From assembly GCF_963921235.1 (NCBI RefSeq), contig NC_086108.1, positions 18,414,001 through 18,478,000 on the forward strand: DNA of 64,000 nucleotides. Direction: 5' to 3'. This stretch comes from Mobula hypostoma. Its lineage: Eukaryota. This document shows positions 33,586-45,522 of this stretch, piece by piece. Below the pieces are notes generated by a model, which was not told where the DNA came from, made no database searches, and saw only the letters and a list, made by a program, of their open reading frames with translations. The stretch's first letter is position 1; each line of letters opens with the position of its first letter. Position numbers and translations under genes: made by a program.

Positions 33586-33902
33586 TAGCACAATGGTGCA
33601 GTTAGTTGAGCTGCTACCTCACAGCAATGGAGACCCTAGTTTTATTCCAACTCCAGCTGTCACCTATTTGGAGTTTGCACATTTTCCCTGTGACTCTATG
33701 GATGCTTCACTTTCCTCCCACATCTGAAGGAAATGCAGGTTGATTGGTTAGTTAACTATGATAAATTGACTCCAGTGGGTAAATGAGTAGAGGAATCACT
33801 GAGAATGTTGTGGGAGGGGTAGATTAAATGGGATTGGTGGAAACTTAGGTTAATAGGTGGTTGCAGGTCAGAATGAAGTTGGTGGGCTGAAGGACCTGCT
33901 TC
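33586..33902 (+). mobile_element. HE1/V-SINE-like SINE, full length, diverged
   Basis: tRNA-like head (TGGTGCAGTTAG..CCTCACAGC..GAGACCC), TGGAGTTTGCACATTTTCCCTGTG core, CR1-like tail TGGGCTGAAGGACCTG. Confidence 0.75.
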
Positions 33903-34175
33903 TTCACCAAATCACCCTATAGTTCTGAGGCTCTTGATCCTTACCTTCAATTCTATCAGACCTACATGGTTTTCAAGTGTCACACGTTGATACTTGAATA
34001 CTTGGCCCAATTTTCCTTCTTGAAAGCTATTTATTTGCCCCCTTTTGGTGCGGGAGTAAAAGAGGCCAGTCTCCTCACACAGAATTTGCTTAATCACATC
34101 CCCATACTCCTTAAGCCCATGGAGCAAATGGGATGATTAATTCTGGATCCAGCTAATTCCAAATATGATCTAGAC

Positions 34176-34255
34176 CAGGGTTTCCCAAACATTTTTATGC
34201 CATGGACCCCTACCATTAAGCAATGGGTCCAAGGACCCCAGGTTGAGAACCCCTG
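34176..34255. mobile_element. 80-bp hAT (Charlie/Buster-type) MITE
   Basis: TIRs CAGGGTTTCCCAAAC / GGTTGAGAACCCCTG; perfect 8-bp TSD ATCTAGAC (34168-34175 / 34256-34263). Confidence 0.9.
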
Positions 34256-35448
34256 ATCTAGACTGATCTGAATTAAGATTGCATGGGAACAGAAGGAGAC
34301 CATTCAGTCCTTTTACCTGCTGTCCTGTGAGAGTCAAAGTTGTCATAGCTAGCACAGCCCTGGTCTTGCAGTTCCAATGACTTGGGTTCAATCCCAACCT
34401 CCAAGGCTATCTATGTAGAGTTCAGACATTTTCCCTGTGGGTGTTCTGGTTTCCTTACACTAGCCACTCTCAATATTTTCATTCTGCATCTGCCTTTGGA
34501 AGCTATTAGTTCAGTTCTTTATTGGCATTAAGGATGGCATGCAACTTAATCAACTTTGAGTGGTTTTTGAGCCTGGTTCCTTGTTCAGATTCTACAAATG
34601 TTGCTGCCCTCATTTACAGCTCAGCCTATGAGCAATCGGTGATGATGAACAAGTTTTCCGATGTAGAATATGCAACAAGTTCAATATGACAATCAGAACC
34701 ACCAGAGCAGACATGCCCATGTCACAACAAGCACCCCTCCACCACTATTGACAAAATCTACTACTCTTCAATACAATTACCCTCATATACTCAGTTCCTT
34801 CTCTGTGAAGGTAGAGTCATACTCTCCAAATGGAGCCAAAGGTGTTGTACCATCTTCACCGTCTCAGGAGAATTGAAGTCAATTGACCAACTCCGAGGAG
34901 TAGTCCATGCAATAAGAACCAGCCTAACTAAGATTTTCCTTTTGTCATTTCCAGCTACCCGCCCACCCCATCCTGCCATTCTTTTCTGCAGGTTAAAGCT
35001 AACTTTGTAATTCTAACAAGGAGACTTCACCCTGAAACATTAAATCTATGTTTCTCTCTCCACAGTTGCTTCTTGACCTGCTGAGTGTTTCCAGAATTTT
35101 CTCTTTCAGCTTTCCAGCATCTGCTGTTTCTTGACAGTCCCTATGAATCAATGCTGGCTGCAGGCACCATTTATACAGACAGAGCTATGTGCTCCACTCC
35201 ACTTCCTTTTCAGCTCTTCTGTTTTGCTGAGGGAAAGGCTGTTGTCTTGACACCATGCCACTATGCCCTCTATCCCCTTCCTGCACTCCATCTTGTCGTG
35301 TTTGAGGTCTGACCGATTTTAATGGTGTCATTTGTGAACTTGTGAATGGAGTAAGAGAAGAACCTGTCCGTACAGCTGTGAGTGTATTGAATATAAAGTA
35401 AGGGGGCTGAGAATGCACCTGAATTGAGTATAATAATAGGGGAGGAAT

Positions 35449-35649
35449 TATTGTTATTGTTCCTTTCCATGCCTTGCAGCACATTGGGTGGCAACCTTGC
35501 CATTTCTTCAGCATTTTTGTCTGTTTTTACAAGGCTGAGATGCTAGCTTGATGCTCAACCCAGCACTGATGCAAGGAGCTGGCTGGATTCGGACCCAGGA
35601 CTAGTCATCTCGAAAGTCCAGTGCGGATGCCACTACACCTCCGGCCGGC
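35449..35649 (-). mobile_element. tRNA-derived SINE with CAA/TAA tail
   Basis: A box GGTGTAGTGG (35639-35630), B box GGTCCGAATCC (35595-35585), tail GGAACAATAACAATAAT; sits within a Rex1-like remnant. Confidence 0.75.
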
Positions 35650-35774
35650 ATTAATTAATGCTATATTAATTTAAATAACATTCCATAATCTCATCTTCCC
35701 CACTTTAATCACTTTCAAGGAGCAGAAGTTTGAACATCACTGACAAAACCACAGATTGTACCCATCGGTAGTTT

Positions 35775-36500
35775 CTCAAGGTGACACAACCAAGTGCTGA
35801 GGTGTTTGGCAGCTGAACTTGAGTGTAAGAGAGTAACCACCAACACCAGGCCTCTCAATGCCCAGACAACGGCTCCACAACTACTATCCTTCATGCGGGA
35901 AGGAGAGAAACCGGGTGCTAACCCCTTGCCTCATGACTCATGCCCACTGAGTGCAGCCAGGGAATGGGAAATGCGTGTTGATTTAGGCCAGAAACTTACC
36001 TTCCCATCTGAAATTGCAATGACCAACCTGCGGCCTGACCTGGTCCTTTGGTCCAACTCCTTATCATTGAGCTGACGGTCCCCTGGGAGGATGCTGTGGA
36101 TGAGGCTTACGAACGGAAAAGGCTGTGATATGCCAAACTTGCAGCTGAAGCAGAGGAGCGAGGCTGGAATGTAAAAGTGCGCCCAGTTGAGGTGGGGTAC
36201 AGGAGCTTTGTAGCCAGTTCCACCGTAAGGCTGCTGAGGGAAGTAGGAGTCAGAGCGCAGGCCCATAGGAAGGCAATCAAAGCACTTGCTAATGCCACCA
36301 AAATGAGCAGTCACTAGCTGTGGCTGAAAAGAAGGGATGCTGTCTGGCCTGCCAAGTGACTATCTAGAGACTAACCATGTTACACACACACAAGTCTGAT
36401 CAGCCTGTGCTGGGCCTGCCTCGGCTGAAGGTGTCTTGTGATAAAAGGCCGTACACCCAGTGATGTCGAGGTACACAACTGAGATGTGTCGTAATGGTAA
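35775..36500 (+). mobile_element. Hero-type non-LTR retrotransposon 3' fragment (restriction-like endonuclease), disrupted
   Basis: HNQVL...LRPDLVLWS, then in a shifted frame IIELTVPWED..YERK..YAKL..RGW..PVEVG.RSF..LWLKRR, the PD-(D/E)xK RLE pattern; stop at 36357-36359. Confidence 0.82.
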
Positions 36501-37154
36501 TAACATCATCTAGTAGTCATCTTTAAGAGCTACTTCCACTCAAGTCAAGTGCAGTGCAGAAACTTTTGGGATTGTAACATCCAGTCCTATTAATCAAACT
36601 AAGGCAGGAAATTATTCGGTCCTCTCTGTCGGAGGTAGTTCCATGGATGGGAATTCCAAGACTTTGACCATGAAGGGGTGAAGTATCTCACTTGTTCATA
36701 CCATTGCCTCCACCTGATTGGAGCTCTTCTCACCATGCCAACCACAGACAACTGACTACTCTTCCTTCCAGAAAACAGCCTGATTTCTCGCCCAACAATG
36801 CTAACCACTGCAGTGAGAGTGCTTTCATTGTAATCGAGCCACATCAGTCGGTGATCTCCCTACTTGCACCTCACCAGTGCTAATCAGCCTGGCTTCACAG
36901 TTGCCTTTTTAAACAGTCCATCACACAATGGCAAAACCAGCTCCTATCTTTCTCTTCAATGCAAATCATGCTTGTTATCAACAGAACAGCAAGAAAGCTG
37001 TTATCTTTATGTCCTGCAGCCTTTAAACCTTCTTCACTCAAGAGGCTTATGAGAATCCTTTATTGCTTTGAATCAGTAACTGCATCAGTAATGCTAGTAT
37101 TGATTCTTGCATAATATTTGCATAAAAACAATTACTTTAGAGAGTTACCTCAAT

Positions 37155-37390
37155 TGTTATGTTTTGTAACTCCAAAACTTAATCAAAATAAAAATACAGG
37201 AGCCAGGCATACGAGTCTACTTACGTTCCTTTTAGTAAGGTGCTCACACATGTTGTGGTGATGTAATGACATGTGTCATTCACGTACTTCTTACATTTAA
37301 CCCATAAAGAATTATGCAAAGAAAGAATGCCACATCAAACAATATATTTACAATATTGTCAAATATTACTGAAATATAGAATACACCACA
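37155..37390. mobile_element. Small solo LTR (236 bp)
   Basis: TG...CA termini (TGTTATG/CACCACA) with perfect 5-bp TSD TCAAT (37150-37154 / 37391-37395). Confidence 0.7.
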
Positions 37391-37599
37391 TCAATCTTTA
37401 GTAACAGCTGGTAAACTGTTGACATTGTTAATCAATACCTCAGATGCTGTTGGTTGAAAATATATGGAGGGATAGGGCTCAATCTCAGCACTGATCTTTC
37501 AGCTGTCAAGTTCTTCCGGCCTTTCAGATCTGCTTTCCTACTTATCTCTGCTCTCCATTCAACACTTTAGAGTGATTATCTGAACTTCCAGTCTTCACA

Positions 37600-38440
37600 C
37601 TCCCACTCTAGATATCAAATGAAGATCTCAGCCCAAAATGCCAACTGTCCATTTCTCTCCATGGAGGCTGCCTAATCCACTGAACTCCTCCAGCAATTTG
37701 GTGTTGCATATAGCTACAATCACAAGGAAGGCACACCAGCATCTTTACTTTCATAGGAGGTTTTGTTTTTCTCCAAATACTCCAACCAATTTCTACGGAT
37801 GTACTGTAGGAAGTACCATGACTGGTTGTATTACAGAGAACGTGCAGGAACATAAAGAACTGCAAGGAATAGTGAAAACAGTCCAATTCATCACAGGGAC
37901 ATCCCTCCCCACCATCAGTAGTATCTACCGGAGGCACTGCCTCAAGAAGTCAACATCTATCATCAACAAACCCCACCATTTTGCCTTGCCATCTTCTTGC
38001 AGCTACCACCAGTTACAGATACCTGAAGTCTAACACCACTAGATTCAAGAACAGTTACTTCCCTTTAACTATCTGGAATATTGTGTGCAGTCTAATCATC
38101 ACAGGGCAGGAAGGATGCGGTTGATTGTGCTGCTGAGAGTGCAGAAGAGATTCATCAGGACATTTGTTGTGGAGAGAGGATGGATAGGCTGGGGTTGCTT
38201 TCTCTGGAATAAAGGAGGCTAAGAGGTGGCCTGATAAAAGTATAAAACATTAAGAAAGAACTAGATAGGGTAAGATGTTCAGAATATTTTTCCCCATTGA
38301 TGTAGGTGTAAAAAACAGCAGGTCATAAGTTTAAGGTAAGAGGAATGAGGTTCAAAGGGGCTTCTTTAAACAGGCAACTTTTATTTTAGAGTGTGGTTGA
38401 TATCTGTAACGTGCTGCCAAAGGAGGTATTGGAATCAGAT
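37600..38440 (+). mobile_element. Cluster: degraded Penelope pLTR, Rex1/Babar 3' fragment, CR1 fragment
   Basis: RKAHQHLYFHRR..FYGCTVGS..ITGTSLPTI..CLKK (Rex1 C-terminus); RVQKRFIR-like CR1 remnant from about 38075. Confidence 0.7.
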
Positions 38441-39789
38441 AGCTCCTTTTCCCATACTACATAATTCAATGGGAGTCCATCCATCATCCTAAACACACAG
38501 GGGCTGCACTGTGAACCATTTAACAAATGCATTACAGTTTTTCAGTCAATCTACTCTGCTCCAACGGAACTTTCAAAACCATCAAGAACAGCAAGCACAT
38601 GGTCTCAACCACCAAGAACAGCAAGCACATGGGAATACTGCCACCTGCAGGTCTCCTCCAAGCCAGGCACCATCTTAACTCTTGGGTACTGCCATCATTG
38701 GTCTAAAGCCTGGAACTCCCTCCCCAACAGCCCTTCAGCCCTGGAAGCAGCTTCACCAGAATGACTGCAGCAGTTGAAGGCAGCTCACCACACCCTCTCC
38801 AAGGGCAGTAAATGGCAGTGATGCCCATAATCTGAACAAGGACCACAAGTCAATGAAAGTAATATTTTGCAATTTCTTCAAGTCAAGAATAAGATTAAAC
38901 AAATTTAAATTAAAATAATATTTAGGTTTTTGGTATTGTACTATCACACACAAGGCAAGGACAGAGGGTTAGATACAGAAAACACTCCCTCTACACTGCC
39001 CCATCACATACTCCCTAGGCAGAGATAGATATGCAGCCCCTTTTTGCATATCTGTGGGGGTTGCTCCTTGCCTTCTGGTTGCGTTTTAGTCCCACCCTAT
39101 TTACATGTAGTATTGAATAAGGTGGGGGGGGATGGGGAGGGATGAGGATGTCCTGGAAAACTTGATCCTGTGGCTGACAAAGACCTGTGGGTCCTGGAAA
39201 TGGGTAGCAGAATGTTGAGCACAGACAGATTGCCTGGTGATGTTTTGGAGGTATGCCTTTGCCCGGGTAACCATGGAGAGAGAACACACGGTGTCCATGG
39301 GCACCATAGTAGTGTTCCAGGTCCATTAGGTACTGTAGGGGATAGACACCATCCTTGATAGAGATTGGAACATTTTAATTTAATTTAGTTGGTGTCAGTA
39401 ATTGTGATAGTCACCATTGTTTTCTATGTGCTTGTTGCAGTATTTTGTAGGATTGTAGAATGTAATTTGAAATGAAGGTATTTTTGTAAACCAAAATGGT
39501 CAGGGAGATAGGTTAGATACACTGTCCCATTGAGGTTTATTATTCTGTAAAATGAGTGCATTCTCAGCTGGGGAATGAAATGCACTTGCACCAGTTTGGA
39601 AGTTGGTGATCTCATCTAGTTTCAAGGCCCTTGGATCTGCGGACAAGCTGAAGTTGTGTTGCTCTCTGAGGTTGTTGCACTGTTCAACTGGAGCAGACGG
39701 TAAGTTAATAACCAGTGCCATCTGCTGGGGACCAACAACACCCTCACCCTTCCTCTCCTAGAATAAGGTACCAGTGATGTCGTTTTTCT

Positions 39790-40580
39790 AAGTTTAGAGT
39801 AAATTTATTATCAAAGTACATTTACAGTATGTCACTATAGACAACCTTGAGATTCATTTTCCTGTGGGCATACTCTATAAATCTATAATAATCATAATAG
39901 AATCAATGAAACACCACACCAACTTGGGCATTCAACCAGTGTGTAAAAGTCAAAGACTGTACAAATACAAATAGAAATAAATAAGCAATAAATATTGAAA
40001 ATATGAGATAAAGATTCCTTGAAAGTGAGTCTATTGGTGTGGAAACATTTCAGTGTTGGGGTAAGTGAAGTTGAGTGAAGTTATTCATTTTGGTTTGAAA
40101 GCCTGATGGTTGAGGGGTAATAACAGCTCCTGAACCTGGTGGCGCAAGTCCTGAAACTCCTGTACCTTCTTCCTGATGGCAGCAGTGAGAAAAGAATATG
40201 CCCTGGGTGGTGAGGGTCGCTGATGATGGATGCTGCTTTCCTGTGACAAAGCTCCATGGAGATGTGTTCAATGGTGAGGAAAGCTTTACCCATGATGGAC
40301 GGGGCTGTATCCACTATTTTTGTAGGATTTTCTATTCAAGGACATTGGTGTTTCCATACCAGGCCGTGATGCAGACAGTACACCTCTTTAGACGTTTGTC
40401 AAAAATTTTGGTATCATGCCGAATCTTCACAAACTCCTAAGGAAGTACACAATGCTGCTGTGCTTTTCCTGTCATTGCACTTTAAGTACTGGGTCCTGGA
40501 CAGGTCCTCCGAAATGATAACGCCATGGAATTTAAAGTTTCTGACCCTCTCCACCTCTGATCCTCCAATAAGGACTGGTC
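39790..40580 (-). mobile_element. Rex1/Babar-like LINE 3' end
   Basis: CHRKAASIISDPHHPGHILFSLLPSGRRYRS..TRFRSCYYPSTIRL in ORF 40081-40314. Confidence 0.85.
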
Positions 40581-41203
40581 TCTGTCAACCCCTCTGCTAC
40601 TCGTCTGGGTAAAGGTTACGAAGTGACCCTCTGGGCAACCCAAACTCCCCAATGGTCTGTAATGTCAATGGTTGTTTTACCTGCCTGTAGACTTCCTTTG
40701 CTGACAAGTGGTGATGCACCATCTCCAGAGAACTCGGACAGGTACTCATAGCAAAACTGGCTGGGCAGAGTTTGTGACATGGGGAGGAGTGGTCAGTGAA
40801 GAACATTATCGAGAATTAATCAGCTGGTTGAGTGGGCCAAGGAATGATAAATAGAGTTTAATTCAAACAAGTGCGAGGTGTGACACTTTGGGGAGATAGG
40901 TCAGTGTAGGACTTTCACAGAACAGTAGGGTCCTTCATAGAACAGACAGACTACACGTACATGGTTCCCTGAAAGTGGTGTCACAGGAAGACAGGGTGGT
41001 GAAGAAGACACTTGTCATGGTGTCGAGGATTGAGTACAGAAGTTTGGATTTTTTTTGTAATTGTACAAGGTGCAGGTGCACGATATATTTGTAATGCCCT
41101 GGTTTACATTTTTACTGCTATGCTGTAGGTATTTCATTTTAGCAGTTCTATAAGGGCAGTCTGTTCTACTTTCAGCTGTTTAGGCTATCATTGAAGATAA
41201 AGG

Positions 41204-42581
41204 TGTCATACGGAGGGAGGCTGGGAACGGATCCAAGTGCAAGACACAGACACTGAAGTACTAGGGACAGGACTAGGATACAGGGCGATGGCAAGGACAT
41301 GGACAGGAAAACGAGGAACCTGGAACAGGACTGAACAAGAGAGTTAGGAGCCCGGGCTTGGACTCCGAGCCAGAGACTGGACAAGGACCCAGTACCTGGG
41401 TCTTGCCTCTGGCTCGGACCCTAGAACTAGGCAAGGACGAGGCTTGGCAGGCAGGCAGGACAAGGCTGGAATCTTCAGGCTTGAGGCTAGAGACTAGAGA
41501 CTTGGCTTGGCAGGAGGCAGGAGGCTGGAGTCTTCAGGCTTGCGGCTAGAGGCTAGAGACATGGCATGGCTTGGCAAGAGGCCAGAGGCTAGAAACTTGG
41601 CTTGGCAACAGGCTAGAGGCTGGAGTCTTCAGGCTTGGGGCTAGGCAGGAGGCTGGAGTCTTCAGGCTTGGGGCTAGGCAGGAGGCTGGAGTCTTCAGGC
41701 TTAGGGCTAGGCAGGAGGCTGGAGTCTTCAGGCTTGAGGCTAGGCAAGAGATGAGGTGAGGCTTGGCAGGAGGCTGGAGACTTGAGACGAGGCGAGGCGA
41801 GGCTGGAGGCTAGAGACTTGAGGCGAGGCGAGGCTGGAGGCTTGAGGCAAGGTGAGGCTGGAGGCTGGAGGCAGGAGACGAGGCGACGCGAGGCTGGAAG
41901 CTGGAGGCAGGAGACTTGAGGTGAGGCTGGAGGCAGGAGACTTGAGGCGAGGCTGGCAGCTGGAGGCAGGAGACGAGGCGAGGATAGGCTGGAGGCAGGA
42001 GAATTGAGGCGAGGCTAGAGGCTGGAGGCAGGAGATGAGGCGAGGCTGGAGGCTGGAGACTTGAGGCAAGGCTCGACAGGAGGCAGGAGACTTGAGGCGA
42101 AGCTTGGCAGGCTCCTGCTGGGCAGGTCGTGGTACTCCTGGGCAGGATGCGGATCATCTGGGCAGGGCGCGGATCACCACCCGACAGAGTCAAGAGACAG
42201 GAAGGGACAGAACCAACCCCAGGTAATGGCAAGACGGCCTGGCTTACCTGGGTGGAAGCAAGGGACAGGAAGGGAGCTAGGTACAGAGTGGCTCCAGGAC
42301 AAGACTGCAGGCGAGACGAGACGAGAGTTACTAGCAAGAGAAGGCAGGGTTTCAGGCGAGGAAACAGAAGGCAGAGCAAGGGATACAAGGAGTAAGGACA
42401 AGAACAATCCAGCCGCCACGCCTAGGTCTCTGAAGGTATTTATGCGGCCAGCCCCAACAAGCATCAGCTACTTCAATTTTCTCAACAAGAACAGAAACAG
42501 GGTAGATAGGAAAACCTGGAGCAAGGGTCGATGGACCGGACTGTGAACCAGAATACGGACTTCACGAACCGGACCATGACA
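41204..42581 (-). mobile_element. Solo LTR of the Tf1/sushi-type family (homologous to 20657-22399)
   Basis: TGTCAT...ATGACA termini, 5-bp TSD AAAGG (41199-41203 / 42582-42586); internal GAGGC-rich tandem arrays. Confidence 0.92.
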
Positions 42582-44465
42582 AAAGGATGCTGAGGAATGT
42601 GCGTCATCCAATTAGGAACTGGGATAAGGTTTCAGAGAATGCTGAGAGGAGAGGTTATGCTAGGAACACTAAAGTTGGTCTTGGCTTTTTATTTGGTGGG
42701 AAAAGAAGAGAGAAGACGCTAGAGGAAACCAGTTGTAGGATTCAATCCGGTTGAAAAACATGATTCAATGGAGTCAAGGCACAGAGGTCTACCAAAGGAT
42801 CAGTTCATATGGATTTTGGAAGATTTGAGCTCCAACCTGTGCATATTTGACTGTTTAATCATAATGTGCCCTTTTTGTTTTTTTTCCTTTTCTTCACTAA
42901 CTCTTTGGTTAAGTTAATGTTTATAAATACACTTATTTATAATTGTATGCAGTGTGTGATCTGTTAATTAATGCTAATAGGCATTTTCAGAGGCAGTAAA
43001 TCACAAAGTGTTCACACAATCCGGGATCTGGGTGGTCGAGACATCCCAACCCCACAGATTTGGCAGGACCAAAGTCATATACTCCGTAGATGTACAAAGC
43101 CAGAGAAAGGGGGGTTCCTGCTGTAGAATCCAGTGGCTGTAAGCGAGGTGTTAACAAGGTGCATTTCCAGAGACACCCAGAGAAAGGGAGTTTCATTATG
43201 GGGGCTCATCTGGGATTGAATTTGTTTGACCATGTGTGATTGCCCTAAGAATTGATTAAATGGGTTTGTGTTTAAGCTTGTGTTAAACTATTGTCCAATA
43301 AAGTGATTAAGAAATGTGGTTATGGACACTGCAGTGTATGTAGGTGAGGGTGCCAAATAAGAAGCCAAGTTTCGTGAAGCTGGGGGCAGAGACATCAAAG
43401 ACAAGTTGCGCTCATTTCTCTGAAGCGTATGAAAGGACTGGTCTGATGTGGAAAGTCTAATTAATTGTAAGGGGTTTCCTCTTTTATGTTATTGCTAAGG
43501 CTAATAAAATAGCTTCTTTGTTATGTTAACAATAAAATGGCTTCTCTGTGATGTTAACTGGTGAGACAGTAGTTCTCTCTCTAGCAGCTTGTTTGGGTTA
43601 TAATTACTGATAACGAGAATTGTATTCATTTGCTAACCAATTGGGATAGATGTTATTCTTTCTTGTGTGTCTGTAAGCTATTCTTTTCATGGGCTTTGGT
43701 GCAGAAGGTGCGGTGGGGACAGAGAGAGGAGACGTAATGCTGCAAGCTGGCCGACGGAACGGACCCTGTGCGGGAATCCAAGGCCCAGGGTCTTCGGCGA
43801 GGAGAGGAGATGAGGACAGACTCCTGTGGAGCATTTGGTCGATCACTGAGGGTGGTCCCATTCGAGGGTCAGCGGAGTTCTGAGGACATCGATTGGAGGA
43901 AGGGGGTCCCGGTTCTTTAAGAGCTCCAACGATGTGTGCACAAACTGGTTAGTAATAATGGTGCCTTTTTCTTTTAACAGTTAAACAGTTCTTATTTTGT
44001 TCCTTTACTATCTACATAGTCAAAGTATGGGTTATAAAGTGTAATCATTTAATCACATATGGTGTACTGTCTGTTATTTGGCGTGGTGGGGTACATCACA
44101 CAGCATCTACACAAACTTGATTACCCAGTTTGGCGGAGCCAAAGGCTGCTCCCCTTAGACTTGGGGTCACCAACCCGTCGATCGCGATCGACCGGTCAAC
44201 CTTTGAGACTTTTCCAATAGATCCCGAAAAAATCAAAAATAAATACACAAATACTGTTGTAATGTGAGCATTATAAAAATAAGTAATACTGATAATATAG
44301 CAATACTTTTGCTACAAAGCTGCTTGTAAAGAGAGATTGTTTCTGGGTTGTGGGGTTTTAGTTCCGTTCTTTCTGCCCAGTGCTCATGTGTGTAGCACCC
44401 CTACCATGAACTGCGTTTTCAGCGTAGCTTGTGCTGCATCAAAGTGACCAATTAAATTAGATACG

Positions 44466-44698
44466 TAGTGATCCCCAACCACCGGGCCGTGAAGAATGCA
44501 GCGGTACAGCGGTAGTCGGAACACATCCAGCACATCTTTAAGAAAAAAGCTGAAATAAACAAGCTAATTAATTAGGTGCTGCCTGGCACGTAATTAATTA
44601 GCTTGTTTTTCGGCTTTTTTTCTTAAAGATGTGCTGGGTGAGTTCCGGCCACCACTGTACCGCTGCATTCTTCGCGGCCCGGAGGTTAGGGACCACTG
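44466..44698. mobile_element. Hairpin MITE with hAT-type ends
   Basis: About 105-bp arms forming a near-perfect palindrome around about 44575-44590; ends TAGTGATCCCCAACC / GGTTAGGGACCACTG; no clean 8-bp TSD. Confidence 0.8.
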
Positions 44699-45057
44699 GA
44701 TAAGAGTACAGAATGTCGCAAACATCAATATACGGCACTCGCTCATGATATCCTGATAGCATGGTAGAGGCTCCACAAAAGGCGGCAAAAACGTACAAAT
44801 TCCATCCAGAATGGGAAGAGGAATTTCTATTTACCTTGGTGAAAGACAAGTGTGTATGTATGTTGTGCCACCAAACACAAACACTGACTAAAAGAGGGAA
44901 TCTAGAACGGCACCACAACACCAACCACCAGAAATTTAAAGACACCTACCCCCCAAAGAGCGCAATTCGTGCCAGGAAAGTTGAGGAGCTGAAATCAGGG
45001 TTGAAGGCCCAGAAATTATTTTTCACAAAACATGCTGCTCAAAATAAAGCTGCTATT

Positions 45058-45201
45058 CATCCTTCAGTTAGTCCTGACGAAGGGTCTCGGCCTGAAACAT
45101 CGACTGCGCCTCTTCCTATAGATGCTGCTTGGCCTGCTGCGTTCACCAGCAACTTTGATGTATGTTGCTTGAATTTCCAGCATCTGCAGAATTCCTGTTG
45201 T
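45058..45201 (+). mobile_element. Penelope pseudo-LTR short insert
   Basis: 8-bp TSD CTGCTATT (45050-45057 / 45202-45209); removing it restores transposase QNKAAIEASFRVNH. Confidence 0.9.
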
Positions 45202-45522
45202 CTGCTATTGAAGCATCATTTCGTGTAAATCACCTTTTGGCTAAACACAAGAAGCCTTTTACAGATGGCGATTTATTCAAGGAACTAATGGCCATTACCG
45301 CAGGGACTGTTTTTAATGCCTTTAAAAACAAAAATGACATCACAACTGCAATACATAATATACCACTTGGCCCTACAACAGTGACAAGGTGGGCAGAGTC
45401 ACTGTCAGAGGACGTGGATATTTTTCACTGCAATTCGATGAATTCCTGGATGTAATGCAAACAGCTCAGCTTGTTGTATTTGTCAGAATAGCTTTCCAGG
45501 ATTTTACAACAAAGGAAGACTT

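Noticed and set aside
35585..35649. tRNA gene
   Set aside because: A/B boxes are present but continue into a SINE body and tail; no convincing cloverleaf or poly-T terminator.
39264..39305. RFX X-box-like palindromes (GTAACCATGGAGA, GTGTCCATGGGCAC)
   Set aside because: Both deviate from the consensus, and there is no supporting context.
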